Positions 25,030 through 33,716 of a stretch of DNA of 43,748 bases are shown here, piece by piece. Each line of letters begins with the position of its first letter. The first letter of the stretch is position 1. Source of the stretch: Alphaproteobacteria bacterium. GTDB taxonomy: Bacteria; Pseudomonadota; Alphaproteobacteria; JBFXJJ01. A program made the position numbers and the translations under genes. The stretch lies in contig JBFXJJ010000018.1 in the NCBI GenBank assembly GCA_050175015.1, forward strand, positions 1 through 43,748. Direction: 5' to 3'. The notes beneath the pieces were generated by a model. It made no database searches, had not been told where the DNA came from, and saw nothing but the letters and a program-made list of their open reading frames with translations.

Positions 25030-26247
25030 ATGTCTTTAATTGTGCAAAAATTTGGCGGGACTTCGGTTGGTGATATCAATCGTATTAAAAATGTTGCACA
25101 AAAAATAAAACGTGAAGTTGAGAACGGAAACAAAGTTGCGGTTGTGGTTTCTGCAATGTCAGGCGTTACCAACCAACTAGTTTCTTACTGCGATTCGATA
25201 ACAACGCTTTATGATGCTAGAGAGTATGATGCCATCGTTTCATCAGGAGAGCAGGTTTCAAGCGGCCTTTTAGCACTGGCTCTACAAGAAGTAGGAATTC
25301 CAGCCCGTTCTTTTCTTGGTTGGCAAATTCCAATTATTACTGATGATGCCTTTGGTAAAGCTAGAATAGATGATATTAAATCTGATATTCTTAACAAAGT
25401 AATTGCTGATGGCATTGTTCCGGTTGTTTCAGGTTTTCAAGGTGTAACCAAGGATAACAGGATAACAACGCTTGGCAGGGGCGGTTCTGATACTTCGGCT
25501 GTAGCTTTAGCGGTTGCTCTTAACGCCGATCGTTGTGATATTTATACTGATGTTGATGGGGTGTATTCCGCAGATCCCAGAATAGTAAGTAAGGCGAAAT
25601 TATTAAAAAGAGTTTCTTACGAAGAAATGCTAGAGATGGCATCTCTTGGTTCTAAAGTTCTTCAGACCAGATCTGTTGAATTTGCAATGAAATACGGCGT
25701 TTGTTTAAGGGTGCTTTCATCTTTTCAAGGTGGCGAAGGTACAATCGTATGTGACGAGGAAGAGATCGTGGAAAAAGAAATTATTAGTGGTGTTACGTAT
25801 AGTCGTAATGAGGCCAAAATAACATTGGTTGGGGTTGAAGACAAACCGGGTGTTTCGGCAAATATTTTTGGTAAGCTTTCTAATGCTAATATAAGTGTTG
25901 ATATGATTGTTCAAAATATTTCAGAAGACGGCAAGACAACGGATTTAACTTTTACGGTTGAAAAAACTGATTTTGAAAGGGCTTTAAATGTTTTAAATGA
26001 TGCTGAAAACGGCATCGTTTACAGCCGATTAATTTCAGATAAGGAAGTTGTAAAAGTATCAGTTATCGGCGTAGGAATGAAATCTCACGTCGGCGTTGCC
26101 AGCACGATGTTTAAAGCGTTGGCTGACCAAGGAATAAATATTGAAGTTATTTCAAAATCAGAAATAAAAATAAGTGTTTTAATTGCTGAAAAATTTACAG
26201 AACTAGCTTTAAGATCACTACATACAGCTTATAATATGGACGCATAG
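25030..26247 (+). CDS. lysC: Aspartate kinase (alpha subunit)
   Basis: VQKFGGTSV, VVVSAM, TTLGRGGSDTSA and IYTDVDGVY.ADPR motifs; two C-terminal ACT domains. Confidence 0.97.
   Translation: MSLIVQKFGGTSVGDINRIKNVAQKIKREVENGNKVAVVVSAMSGVTNQLVSYCDSITTLYDAREYDAIVSSGEQVSSGLLALALQEVGIPARSFLGWQIPIITDDAFGKARIDDIKSDILNKVIADGIVPVVSGFQGVTKDNRITTLGRGGSDTSAVALAVALNADRCDIYTDVDGVYSADPRIVSKAKLLKRVSYEEMLEMASLGSKVLQTRSVEFAMKYGVCLRVLSSFQGGEGTIVCDEEEIVEKEIISGVTYSRNEAKITLVGVEDKPGVSANIFGKLSNANISVDMIVQNISEDGKTTDLTFTVEKTDFERALNVLNDAENGIVYSRLISDKEVVKVSVIGVGMKSHVGVASTMFKALADQGINIEVISKSEIKISVLIAEKFTELALRSLHTAYNMDA
25768..26247 (+). CDS. lysC: Putative aspartate kinase beta subunit from an in-frame internal GTG start
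   Basis: GAGGA (25756-25760) lies 7 nt upstream of in-frame GTG (codon 247), at the boundary between the kinase and ACT domains. Confidence 0.55.
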   Translation: MEKEIISGVTYSRNEAKITLVGVEDKPGVSANIFGKLSNANISVDMIVQNISEDGKTTDLTFTVEKTDFERALNVLNDAENGIVYSRLISDKEVVKVSVIGVGMKSHVGVASTMFKALADQGINIEVISKSEIKISVLIAEKFTELALRSLHTAYNMDA

Positions 26248-26275
26248 AATTTGAAGAAATTGAGGAAATGAAAGT

Positions 26276-27334
26276 ATGACAACATCAAATATAGAATTAG
26301 CAAAGGGATACGCTCAGCTTGATAACTTATGGCAGAGAGGCCGAGAATTCTTGGGTTCTCGTTATGCCATTATGGGTGGTGCCATGTCTTGGATTTCAGA
26401 AAAAAATCTAGTTTCGGCAATATCAAGAGCCGGTGGTTTTGGTGTTTTAGCTTGCGGTTCTTTAAAACCAGAAGAATTAAAAGTCGAAATAGCCAAAACG
26501 TTTGAACTAGCAGAAGGAAAGCCTTTTGGTGTCAATGCAATTACGTTGCGTCCAGATGTTGACGATCTAATTGATGCTTGTGGTGAAATGAAAGTGAGCC
26601 ACATCGTTTTAGCGGGCGGACTTCCTACAGCGAGTTCTATTAAGAGAGCAAAAGATACAGGGGCTAAAGTAATTTGTTTTGCTCCAGCACTTGTACTAGC
26701 AAAGAAACTTGCTAGAGCCGGGGCTGATGCTCTAGTTATTGAAGGTTCAGAAGCTGGCGGGCATATTGGTCCTGTTTCAACCAGTGTTTTAGTTCAAGAA
26801 ATTCTTCCTTTTGTAAAAGATGTTCCAATTTTTGTTGCTGGCGGAATTGGCAGAGGAGAGGCTATTGCAAGCTTTTTAGAAATGGGAGCTGCGGGTTGCC
26901 AGCTTGGAACTAAATTTGTTTGTGCCAATGAGTGTATTGCTCACGAAAAATTCAAAAAAGCATTTCTTAAAGCAAGTGCTAGAGACGCAATGCCGACAGT
27001 TCAAGTTGATCCTGCTTTTCCTGTTATTCCTGTTCGTGCCATTCTGAACGAAGGGACAAAAGAATTTATGACGTTCCAGCAGGAAATGATACACAAAGCC
27101 AAAAGTGGTGAAATCAGCGCTAAAGATGCCCAGCTCAAAATTGAGTATTTTTGGGCAGGAGCTTTAAGACGGGCTGTTATTGATGGCGATGTTGAAAGAG
27201 GGTCTTTAATGGCTGGTCAAAGCGTTGGTATGGTAACAAAAGAACAGCCTGTTGCAGAAATTATGGAAGAGTTAGTTCAAGAAGCTGCCCAAACGTTGGA
27301 AGAAAGAAATTGTAAACGAGCATTGTCTTTTTAA
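26276..27334 (+). CDS. Nitronate monooxygenase / FabK-like FMN-dependent oxidoreductase
   Basis: IMGGAMSWIS, AGGFGVLA, KPFGVN, EGSEAGGHIG, VAGGIG.G, GCQLGTKF and GSLMAGQSVG motifs. Confidence 0.88.
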   Translation: MTTSNIELAKGYAQLDNLWQRGREFLGSRYAIMGGAMSWISEKNLVSAISRAGGFGVLACGSLKPEELKVEIAKTFELAEGKPFGVNAITLRPDVDDLIDACGEMKVSHIVLAGGLPTASSIKRAKDTGAKVICFAPALVLAKKLARAGADALVIEGSEAGGHIGPVSTSVLVQEILPFVKDVPIFVAGGIGRGEAIASFLEMGAAGCQLGTKFVCANECIAHEKFKKAFLKASARDAMPTVQVDPAFPVIPVRAILNEGTKEFMTFQQEMIHKAKSGEISAKDAQLKIEYFWAGALRRAVIDGDVERGSLMAGQSVGMVTKEQPVAEIMEELVQEAAQTLEERNCKRALSF

Positions 27335-27391
27335 AAAACAAAAAGTATATTATTTAAAGCTTCAAATACGTAATTATGGGACTAGAGTAAA

Positions 27392-28570
27392 GTGGAAACA
27401 AAAGAAAATCAGCAAGCAGATAAAAAAATCCCAAGCATAGGAATTTTACTTAAAGCCGCAAGAGAAAGAAAAGGTCAAACATTAGAAACAATTACTAATG
27501 CCTTATGTATCAGATTGAAACACCTTCAGGCGATAGAAGGCAGCAAATATGAAGATCTGCCAGGTAAAACATACGCTATTGGCTTTGTTAAATCTTATGC
27601 CGAGTATTTAGGACTTGATGGCGACGAAATTGTTCGTCTCTTTAAGGAAGAAGTTGCAGAATTAAAGAAAAAACAAGAACTTTATCCTCTCGATACAGGT
27701 TCAGAAGCATCTGTTCCAAACTATTTTACCGTTTTTGTTGGTTTGGCCGTTGCTTTTTTAGTTTATTTTGGCTGGAGCCATCTAGGCAGTTTTAATGATA
27801 AAGATGTTGCTATCATAGAAGAAGTTCCTGAAGATATTGAAGAGATAGTTGCGGATCAACCAGAAACGCCAGAATTTATAAAAGATAAAGAGCCAGAGCA
27901 AAAAGCTGAAGTTTCAAATACAGTAAAAGAAATTAAAAAGGAAACTAAGAAAGAAGTTGAAGTTGCTGAAAATGAAGGAGAAAAAACTCCTGAAGTAGCA
28001 GAGAAAAAGGAAATTGAAACTAAGAAAGTTGAAGAAGCGGTGGTGGATGTTGTTGAAGCCGTTTCTGAGCCTGAAATTATTACAGATAATATTGAAGAAA
28101 TTGCCGAAGTCGTTGTTGAACCTGAAATTGTTGATATTCCTCTTGCTTCAAGTGCAGAATTAAGTGCAGAAAAAAACAGTCAAAACGAAGTTTCAACGGC
28201 ACCAGAAACTGCAGAAACAATAGTTACAGAGCCAGAAAAGAAAGAACATATTCCTCAAGTATATGGACAAGAAAATTCCACATCTAGAGTAACGATTAAA
28301 GCAAATAGCGATAGTTGGGTTCATGTTATTGGAACCAGAGAGACAGGTGAAGAAATAATCTTTATTTCTAAGCTCTTTTATACTGGAGACAGTTATCAGC
28401 TTCCTAATCGCAACGACTTGTTTTTGGATACAGGAAATGCCGGTGGCTTAAGTGTTTCCGTTGATGGAGCAGATCTTGGAGCTTTAGGTCCTAATGGAGC
28501 TGTGAAAAGAAAAATTCCATTATCACCAGAAGAATTGCTAAAAATTTATAGTAACGTCAATTCTAACTAA
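27392..28570 (+). CDS. rodZ: RodZ-like cell-shape protein (HTH, TM, acidic linker, DUF4115)
   Basis: IG.LLKAARE, L.AIE...Y..LPG.TYAIGFVKSYAEYLGLD, one TM helix, C-terminal SWV...TGNAGGL.V.VDG; lies upstream of ispG. Confidence 0.88.
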   Translation: METKENQQADKKIPSIGILLKAARERKGQTLETITNALCIRLKHLQAIEGSKYEDLPGKTYAIGFVKSYAEYLGLDGDEIVRLFKEEVAELKKKQELYPLDTGSEASVPNYFTVFVGLAVAFLVYFGWSHLGSFNDKDVAIIEEVPEDIEEIVADQPETPEFIKDKEPEQKAEVSNTVKEIKKETKKEVEVAENEGEKTPEVAEKKEIETKKVEEAVVDVVEAVSEPEIITDNIEEIAEVVVEPEIVDIPLASSAELSAEKNSQNEVSTAPETAETIVTEPEKKEHIPQVYGQENSTSRVTIKANSDSWVHVIGTRETGEEIIFISKLFYTGDSYQLPNRNDLFLDTGNAGGLSVSVDGADLGALGPNGAVKRKIPLSPEELLKIYSNVNSN

Positions 28571-28582
28571 GGCATTGTTGTA

Positions 28583-29674
28583 ATGTCTGAAACAAAAAAT
28601 TTTAACTATCTGCCTCAACGACGTAAAACCCGCAAAGTTTTCGTAGGAAAGGTTGCTGTGGGTGGTGATGCACCAATATCGGTGCAATCTATGACTAATA
28701 CCTTAACAACAGATGTTAAAGCAACGGTTGCTCAAATTGCTAGAATGACTGAAGCTGGAGCTGATATCGCAAGGGTTTCCTGCCCAGATGAAGATTCAAC
28801 AAAGGCGCTTGCAGCGATTGTTAAGCAATCTGAAATTCCTGTTGTTGCTGATATTCATTTTCATCATAAAAGGGCTGTGGAAGCTGCTATTGCTGGTGCT
28901 GCTTGTCTGCGAATTAATCCTGGAAATATTGGAAGTATTGATAAGGTTAAAGAGGTTATTAAAGCAGCTAGAGATTATGGTGTCAGTATCAGAATAGGTG
29001 TTAATGGCGGTTCTTTAGAAAAAGAACTTTTAAAGAAATATGGCGAACCTTGTTCTGATGCTATGGTTGAATCGGCTTTAAACCAAGCTAAAATTTTAGA
29101 AGACAATGATTTTTTTGAATTCAAAATAAGTGTTAAGTCGTCTAATACATTAATGACAATCGATGCTTATCGTAAATTATCACAAAAATGTGATTATCCG
29201 CTTCATTTAGGTGTTACCGAAGCAGGCGGTATGCGCTCTGGTGTTGTGAGATCGGCTTTGGGCATAGGTTCTCTGCTTATGGAAGGCATCGGAGATACGC
29301 TTAGGGTTTCTTTAAGTGCTGATGTTAGAGATGAAGTTTTGACAGGACACGAAATTCTTAAAACCTTGGGGTTGAGAAGGCATGGTGTCAGTATTATTTC
29401 CTGTCCGACTTGTGCTAGAAAAGGTCTTGATGTTGAAAAAACCGTAGCGGTTTTAGAAAACAGTTTAGCAAACATAAAAAAACCTTTAACCGTAGCTGTT
29501 ATGGGGTGTGTTGTTAATGGACCTGGAGAAGCTAAGGGCGCTGATATTGCGGTTGTCGGTGGTGGCAACGGCAATGTTTTAGTATATTTAAAAGGTGAGC
29601 AGTTTGAAAAAATATCTGAAGAAAATGTTTCAGATTATCTTATCGCATTAATAAATAAAAATTCTGACATTTAG
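28583..29674 (+). CDS. ispG: (E)-4-hydroxy-3-methylbut-2-enyl-diphosphate synthase
   Basis: [49 protein letters not shown] and [10 protein letters not shown] motifs. Confidence 0.97.
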   Translation: MSETKNFNYLPQRRKTRKVFVGKVAVGGDAPISVQSMTNTLTTDVKATVAQIARMTEAGADIARVSCPDEDSTKALAAIVKQSEIPVVADIHFHHKRAVEAAIAGAACLRINPGNIGSIDKVKEVIKAARDYGVSIRIGVNGGSLEKELLKKYGEPCSDAMVESALNQAKILEDNDFFEFKISVKSSNTLMTIDAYRKLSQKCDYPLHLGVTEAGGMRSGVVRSALGIGSLLMEGIGDTLRVSLSADVRDEVLTGHEILKTLGLRRHGVSIISCPTCARKGLDVEKTVAVLENSLANIKKPLTVAVMGCVVNGPGEAKGADIAVVGGGNGNVLVYLKGEQFEKISEENVSDYLIALINKNSDI

Positions 29675-29686
29675 TAGGAGAGTGTT

Positions 29687-30931
29687 TTGGCAGGGTTGCA
29701 GACAGTTCGTGGGACTCATGATTTAGTTGGTGAAGAACTAAAAAAACATCAATTTATTGAAGAAACGATAGAAAAGGTCGTTCAGACCTATGGCTTTTCT
29801 GGCTTAATTACGCCTATTTTTGAATTTACAGACGTTTTTGCAAGATCTTTGGGCGAAACAACCGATGTTGTAACTAAAGAAATGTATAGCTTTACGGATA
29901 AAGGCGGAGAAAGTTTAACTCTTCGTCCAGAAGGAACAGCAGGTGTTGTCAGAGCTTTTATTTCACTTGGTTTGCAGCAAAATCTGCCTGTAAAAGCCTT
30001 TTATAAAGGACCAATGTTTCGTTATGAACGTCCTCAAAAAGGAAGACAAAGACAGTTTCATCAGGTTGGCATTGAACTTTTAGGAGTTGACCAGCCGCAA
30101 GGTGATGTTGAGGTTTTGTTAGCAGGAGTTGATTTTTTAAGTGCTATTGGTATTTATGACAAAGTCAAACTGGAAATTAATTCTCTCGGAGATAAGGAAA
30201 GCCGAGATAACTATAAAGAAAAGCTCATATCGTATTTAAAAAAATATGAAACATCATTATCTGAAGACAGCAAAAATAGATTAGAAAAAAATCCGTTAAG
30301 GGTTTTAGATTCTAAAGATGACAAAGACAGAGATATTGTTTTAAATGCCCCTTTGTTTTCCGATAGTTTAAATGATGAATCTAAGAAGTTTTTTGATGAA
30401 GTTTTATCATCATTAACAGATTTAGGGGTTAAATATGAATTAAATCAAAGACTTGTTAGAGGTCTTGACTATTACAGTCATACGGCATTTGAATTCACAA
30501 CAACAGAGCTGGGATCACAAGGAACAGTTCTTGGTGGTGGACGTTATAATGGCTTAGTTAAACAAATGGGCGGCAGTGACGTTTCTGGTATTGGCTGGGC
30601 TGCTGGCGTTGAACGTTTAGCGATGATGATTGCCGACTATCCGCAAGATATAAGACCAATCACGGTTGTTCCAATGGGAAGTGAGGCTCAAAAAATAGCA
30701 ATGAGAATTTCTTGGGACTTAAGAAAATCAGGAATTAACGTGGATATGGGATATTCTGGTAATTTGGGCAAAAGATTGAAAAGAGCTAATAAAGTTAATG
30801 CGGGATTTGCGGTTATGATTGGTGAAGATGAGCTGGCAAAAAAGGTTTGTTTAGTTCGAAACCTTGATAACGGTGAGCAGGAAGAAGTAAGCTTAGATAG
30901 CATCGTAGCGTTTTTTGAAAACAGGAGATAA
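29687..30931 (+). CDS. hisS: Histidine--tRNA ligase
   Basis: RGTHD, LRPEGTA, FRYERPQKGRQRQFHQ, LVRGLDYY and GGGRY motifs; TTG start with AGGAG RBS. Confidence 0.97.
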   Translation: MAGLQTVRGTHDLVGEELKKHQFIEETIEKVVQTYGFSGLITPIFEFTDVFARSLGETTDVVTKEMYSFTDKGGESLTLRPEGTAGVVRAFISLGLQQNLPVKAFYKGPMFRYERPQKGRQRQFHQVGIELLGVDQPQGDVEVLLAGVDFLSAIGIYDKVKLEINSLGDKESRDNYKEKLISYLKKYETSLSEDSKNRLEKNPLRVLDSKDDKDRDIVLNAPLFSDSLNDESKKFFDEVLSSLTDLGVKYELNQRLVRGLDYYSHTAFEFTTTELGSQGTVLGGGRYNGLVKQMGGSDVSGIGWAAGVERLAMMIADYPQDIRPITVVPMGSEAQKIAMRISWDLRKSGINVDMGYSGNLGKRLKRANKVNAGFAVMIGEDELAKKVCLVRNLDNGEQEEVSLDSIVAFFENRR

Positions 30932-30933
30932 CT

Positions 30934-32004
30934 TTGAGTTTTGAAATTAAATTAAGAACGATATCCGCTCGTTATGATGAACTTAGCGTTTTGCTTTCTG
31001 AAGGGACAGATTCTAATTCTTTTGTAAAAATGTCAAAAGAGTTCTCTGAAATCGAGCCGATAGTTCAAAAATTTAAAGAATATGAAAAAATCAGAGCAGA
31101 TTTAGAAGAGATGCAAACTCTGGCAGATGATGCTAGCGCTGATTCTGAAATGCGCAATATGGCGAGAGAAGAAATCAGAGAGCTATCTCATAAAGTTGAA
31201 GATATTGAAAATGAACTCAAATTTTTATTAATTCCTAAAGACGAAGCCGACGAAAAGAATGCGTTACTTGAAGTAAGAGCAGGGACAGGCGGTGAAGAAG
31301 CCGCTCTATTTGCGGCGGAACTATTTAGAATGTATGAACGCTATGCGGCAGTTAGAGGCTGGAAATTTGAAACAATAGAATACAGCGATACTGGTATCGG
31401 CGGTGTAAAAGAAGCAATAGGACTAGTTACAGGCAAAAATGTTTTTGCTGATTTAAAATTTGAATCTGGAGTTCATAGAGTTCAAAGAGTTCCCCTTACT
31501 GAGGCTAATGGCAGAGTTCACACTTCTGCGGCAACGGTTGCGGTTATGCCTGAGGCAGAAGATGTTGATGTCAAAATCGAAGATAAAGATTTGAGAATAG
31601 ATGTTTTCAGAGCCTCTGGAGCTGGTGGACAGCACGTTAATAGAACGGAAAGTGCGGTTAGAATTACGCATCTTCCAACAGGAACCGTGGTTCAATGTCA
31701 AGACGGAAAGTCGCAGCATCAAAACAAAGAGCAGGCGATGAAAGTTCTAAAATCACGTATTTATGATAAAGAATTAGAAGAAAAAAATCGTGAACGTGCC
31801 AGTCAGAGAAAAAATCAAGTTGGCTCAGGAGACCGTTCCGAGAGAATTAGAACCTATAATTTTCCTCAAGGAAGAGTTACAGATCATAGAATAAACTTAA
31901 CTCTTTATAAAATTGATGAAATTATGAATGGGGAAGGTCTTGGAGAAGTGATACAAGCTTTGATTGCTGAGGATAGGTTATCCAAGCTCTCTGAGATAGA
32001 GTAA
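30934..32004 (+). CDS. prfA: Peptide chain release factor 1
   Basis: EVRAGTGGEEA, GVHRVQRVPLT (PxT), GAGGQHVN (GGQ) and RTYNFPQGR motifs. Confidence 0.97.
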   Translation: MSFEIKLRTISARYDELSVLLSEGTDSNSFVKMSKEFSEIEPIVQKFKEYEKIRADLEEMQTLADDASADSEMRNMAREEIRELSHKVEDIENELKFLLIPKDEADEKNALLEVRAGTGGEEAALFAAELFRMYERYAAVRGWKFETIEYSDTGIGGVKEAIGLVTGKNVFADLKFESGVHRVQRVPLTEANGRVHTSAATVAVMPEAEDVDVKIEDKDLRIDVFRASGAGGQHVNRTESAVRITHLPTGTVVQCQDGKSQHQNKEQAMKVLKSRIYDKELEEKNRERASQRKNQVGSGDRSERIRTYNFPQGRVTDHRINLTLYKIDEIMNGEGLGEVIQALIAEDRLSKLSEIE

Positions 32005-32006
32005 AT

Positions 32007-32861
32007 ATGCCGTTTAGAGATATTTTAAACCAAGGACAAAAAATTTTAACCGAAAAGAATGTTGCCAATCCTAGATTTGATGCCCGCATTTTACTAACGT
32101 ATGTTTTAAAAAATAATATTGATAAAATCCTTTTTGATTATGATGCGGCGATAACTAAAGAGCAGCAAACGCAGTTTTTTGAGTTAATAAGCCGTCGTTC
32201 TAAAAGAGAACCTGTTTCTAGAATTATTGGCAAAAAAGGGTTTTGGAAATATGATTTTAGTATTTCTAAAGAAACACTCGATCCCAGACCAGATACCGAA
32301 ACCTTGATTGAAGCGGTATTATCTGAATTCCAAGACAAAGAAAAAAAGTTAAGAATAATTGACTTGGGAACAGGAAGCGGCTGCATAGCGATTTCTCTGG
32401 CTGGAGAGTATCTTAATTCTGAGGTTATTGGAGTTGATGCCGCTAAAGATGCGGTTTTAACCGCTCAAAAAAATGCTTCATATTTAGGTTTTAGTGATAG
32501 ATGCCAGTTTATAAATAGTGATTGGAACAGTCTTGAAGAAAATTTTTTGCAAGATTGCGATATTGTCATTTCGAATCCTCCCTATATTAAAGCAGACGAC
32601 ATAAGAGATTTGGAAGAAGAAGTTAGAATCTTTGATCCTCATTTGGCTCTTTCAGGTGGTATATCTGGACTTGAAGCATACAGAGAACTGTCAGAATTAT
32701 TTTTAAAAAAGTTGAAGTCGGGAACCGTAGTTTTTGTTGAAATAGGTGACGGCCAAGATAAAGACGTAATAGAAATAATGACCAATTCAGGTTTAATTTT
32801 TAAGAAAAAATATTATGACCTAAGCCAAAAGATAAGATGCTTGAGTTTTACTTATAAATAA
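32007..32861 (+). CDS. prmC: Release factor glutamine methyltransferase
   Basis: EPVSRIIG, LDPRPDTETL, DLGTGSGCI and SNPPYI motifs; follows prfA. Confidence 0.95.
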   Translation: MPFRDILNQGQKILTEKNVANPRFDARILLTYVLKNNIDKILFDYDAAITKEQQTQFFELISRRSKREPVSRIIGKKGFWKYDFSISKETLDPRPDTETLIEAVLSEFQDKEKKLRIIDLGTGSGCIAISLAGEYLNSEVIGVDAAKDAVLTAQKNASYLGFSDRCQFINSDWNSLEENFLQDCDIVISNPPYIKADDIRDLEEEVRIFDPHLALSGGISGLEAYRELSELFLKKLKSGTVVFVEIGDGQDKDVIEIMTNSGLIFKKKYYDLSQKIRCLSFTYK

Positions 32862-33045
32862 AAAGCATTTTTATAATAAAAAAGGTTGAACTTGTTGTCA
32901 TTTTAGTTCTACACTATCAAGGTATGTTTCCTAAAAGATTAGTTTCAATAAATCCCCTCATCAAAAGAGTTTGGGATTTACTAACTAGGATTCTTAAAGG
33001 TTTAAGAATAATTTTTGAAATTCAATATAATTACGGTAGAAAAAA

Positions 33046-33642
33046 ATGAAAAAAAGCTCCAAGCAAAGGGGTCGTTCGTATGGACGGAACAATAATAACA
33101 ATAATAATTTTAGAAATATAAATGCTTGCCTTGATAGTAATGGTCCAGGAGGACGAATTAGAGGAACTCTTCCTCAATTGATTGAAAAATATATGCTTAT
33201 GGCACGAGATGCCAACGCACAAAATGATAAAATCTTAGCAGAAAATTACTATCAATATGCAGAACACTATACCAGAATTATTAATAGTTTCCCCGCAGAA
33301 GTAAGAGAACATAGACATCATAATCCTGAAGACAAGAAAGTCTTAGAAACTTCATCTGAAAATCAAGAAAATTTAGATAAAGAGCATCAATCTGAAAATT
33401 TAATTGAAGAAAACGTTGAAACATTATCTGAAGAATTAACTGAAGATGTTAGTGTTGCAGCAGGTAAAGATGATGCTGCAAATGAAGAAGATAAAAAGAT
33501 TCGTCGGAGAAGAACTCCGAGAGAAAGACCCCTAAAAACAAAAATTAGAAAGATTAAAGAAGAAGTGCCTGAAGGCGATATGATTAAAGAAATAGGATTT
33601 TTAACAACGCCTGCTTCAATGGTAACAACTGCGGCGGAATAA
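33046..33642 (+). CDS. DUF4167 domain protein
   Basis: R/N-rich N-terminus, DSNGP..RIRGT..QL.EKY...ARDA...D.ILAENYYQYAEHY.RI; usual alphaproteobacterial position between prmC and clpB. Confidence 0.88.
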   Translation: MKKSSKQRGRSYGRNNNNNNNFRNINACLDSNGPGGRIRGTLPQLIEKYMLMARDANAQNDKILAENYYQYAEHYTRIINSFPAEVREHRHHNPEDKKVLETSSENQENLDKEHQSENLIEENVETLSEELTEDVSVAAGKDDAANEEDKKIRRRRTPRERPLKTKIRKIKEEVPEGDMIKEIGFLTTPASMVTTAAE

Positions 33643-33659
33643 AAAACAGTTCTGATCTT

Positions 33660-33688
33660 CTTGAAGTAATAAAAAACACTCCCTATAT
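33660..33688 (+). promoter_or_regulatory. Sigma32 (RpoH) heat-shock promoter of clpB
   Basis: CTTGAA (33660-33665)-N16-CCTATAT (33682-33688), matching the alphaproteobacterial RpoH consensus, directly upstream of clpB. Confidence 0.75.
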
Positions 33689-33716
33689 ATTTATTAAAAT
33701 ATTAGGGGGTTTTTTT

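Noticed and set aside
27820-28250. E/K/V-rich repetitive stretch in rodZ
   Set aside because: It is a low-complexity periplasmic linker typical of RodZ, not a DNA tandem repeat.
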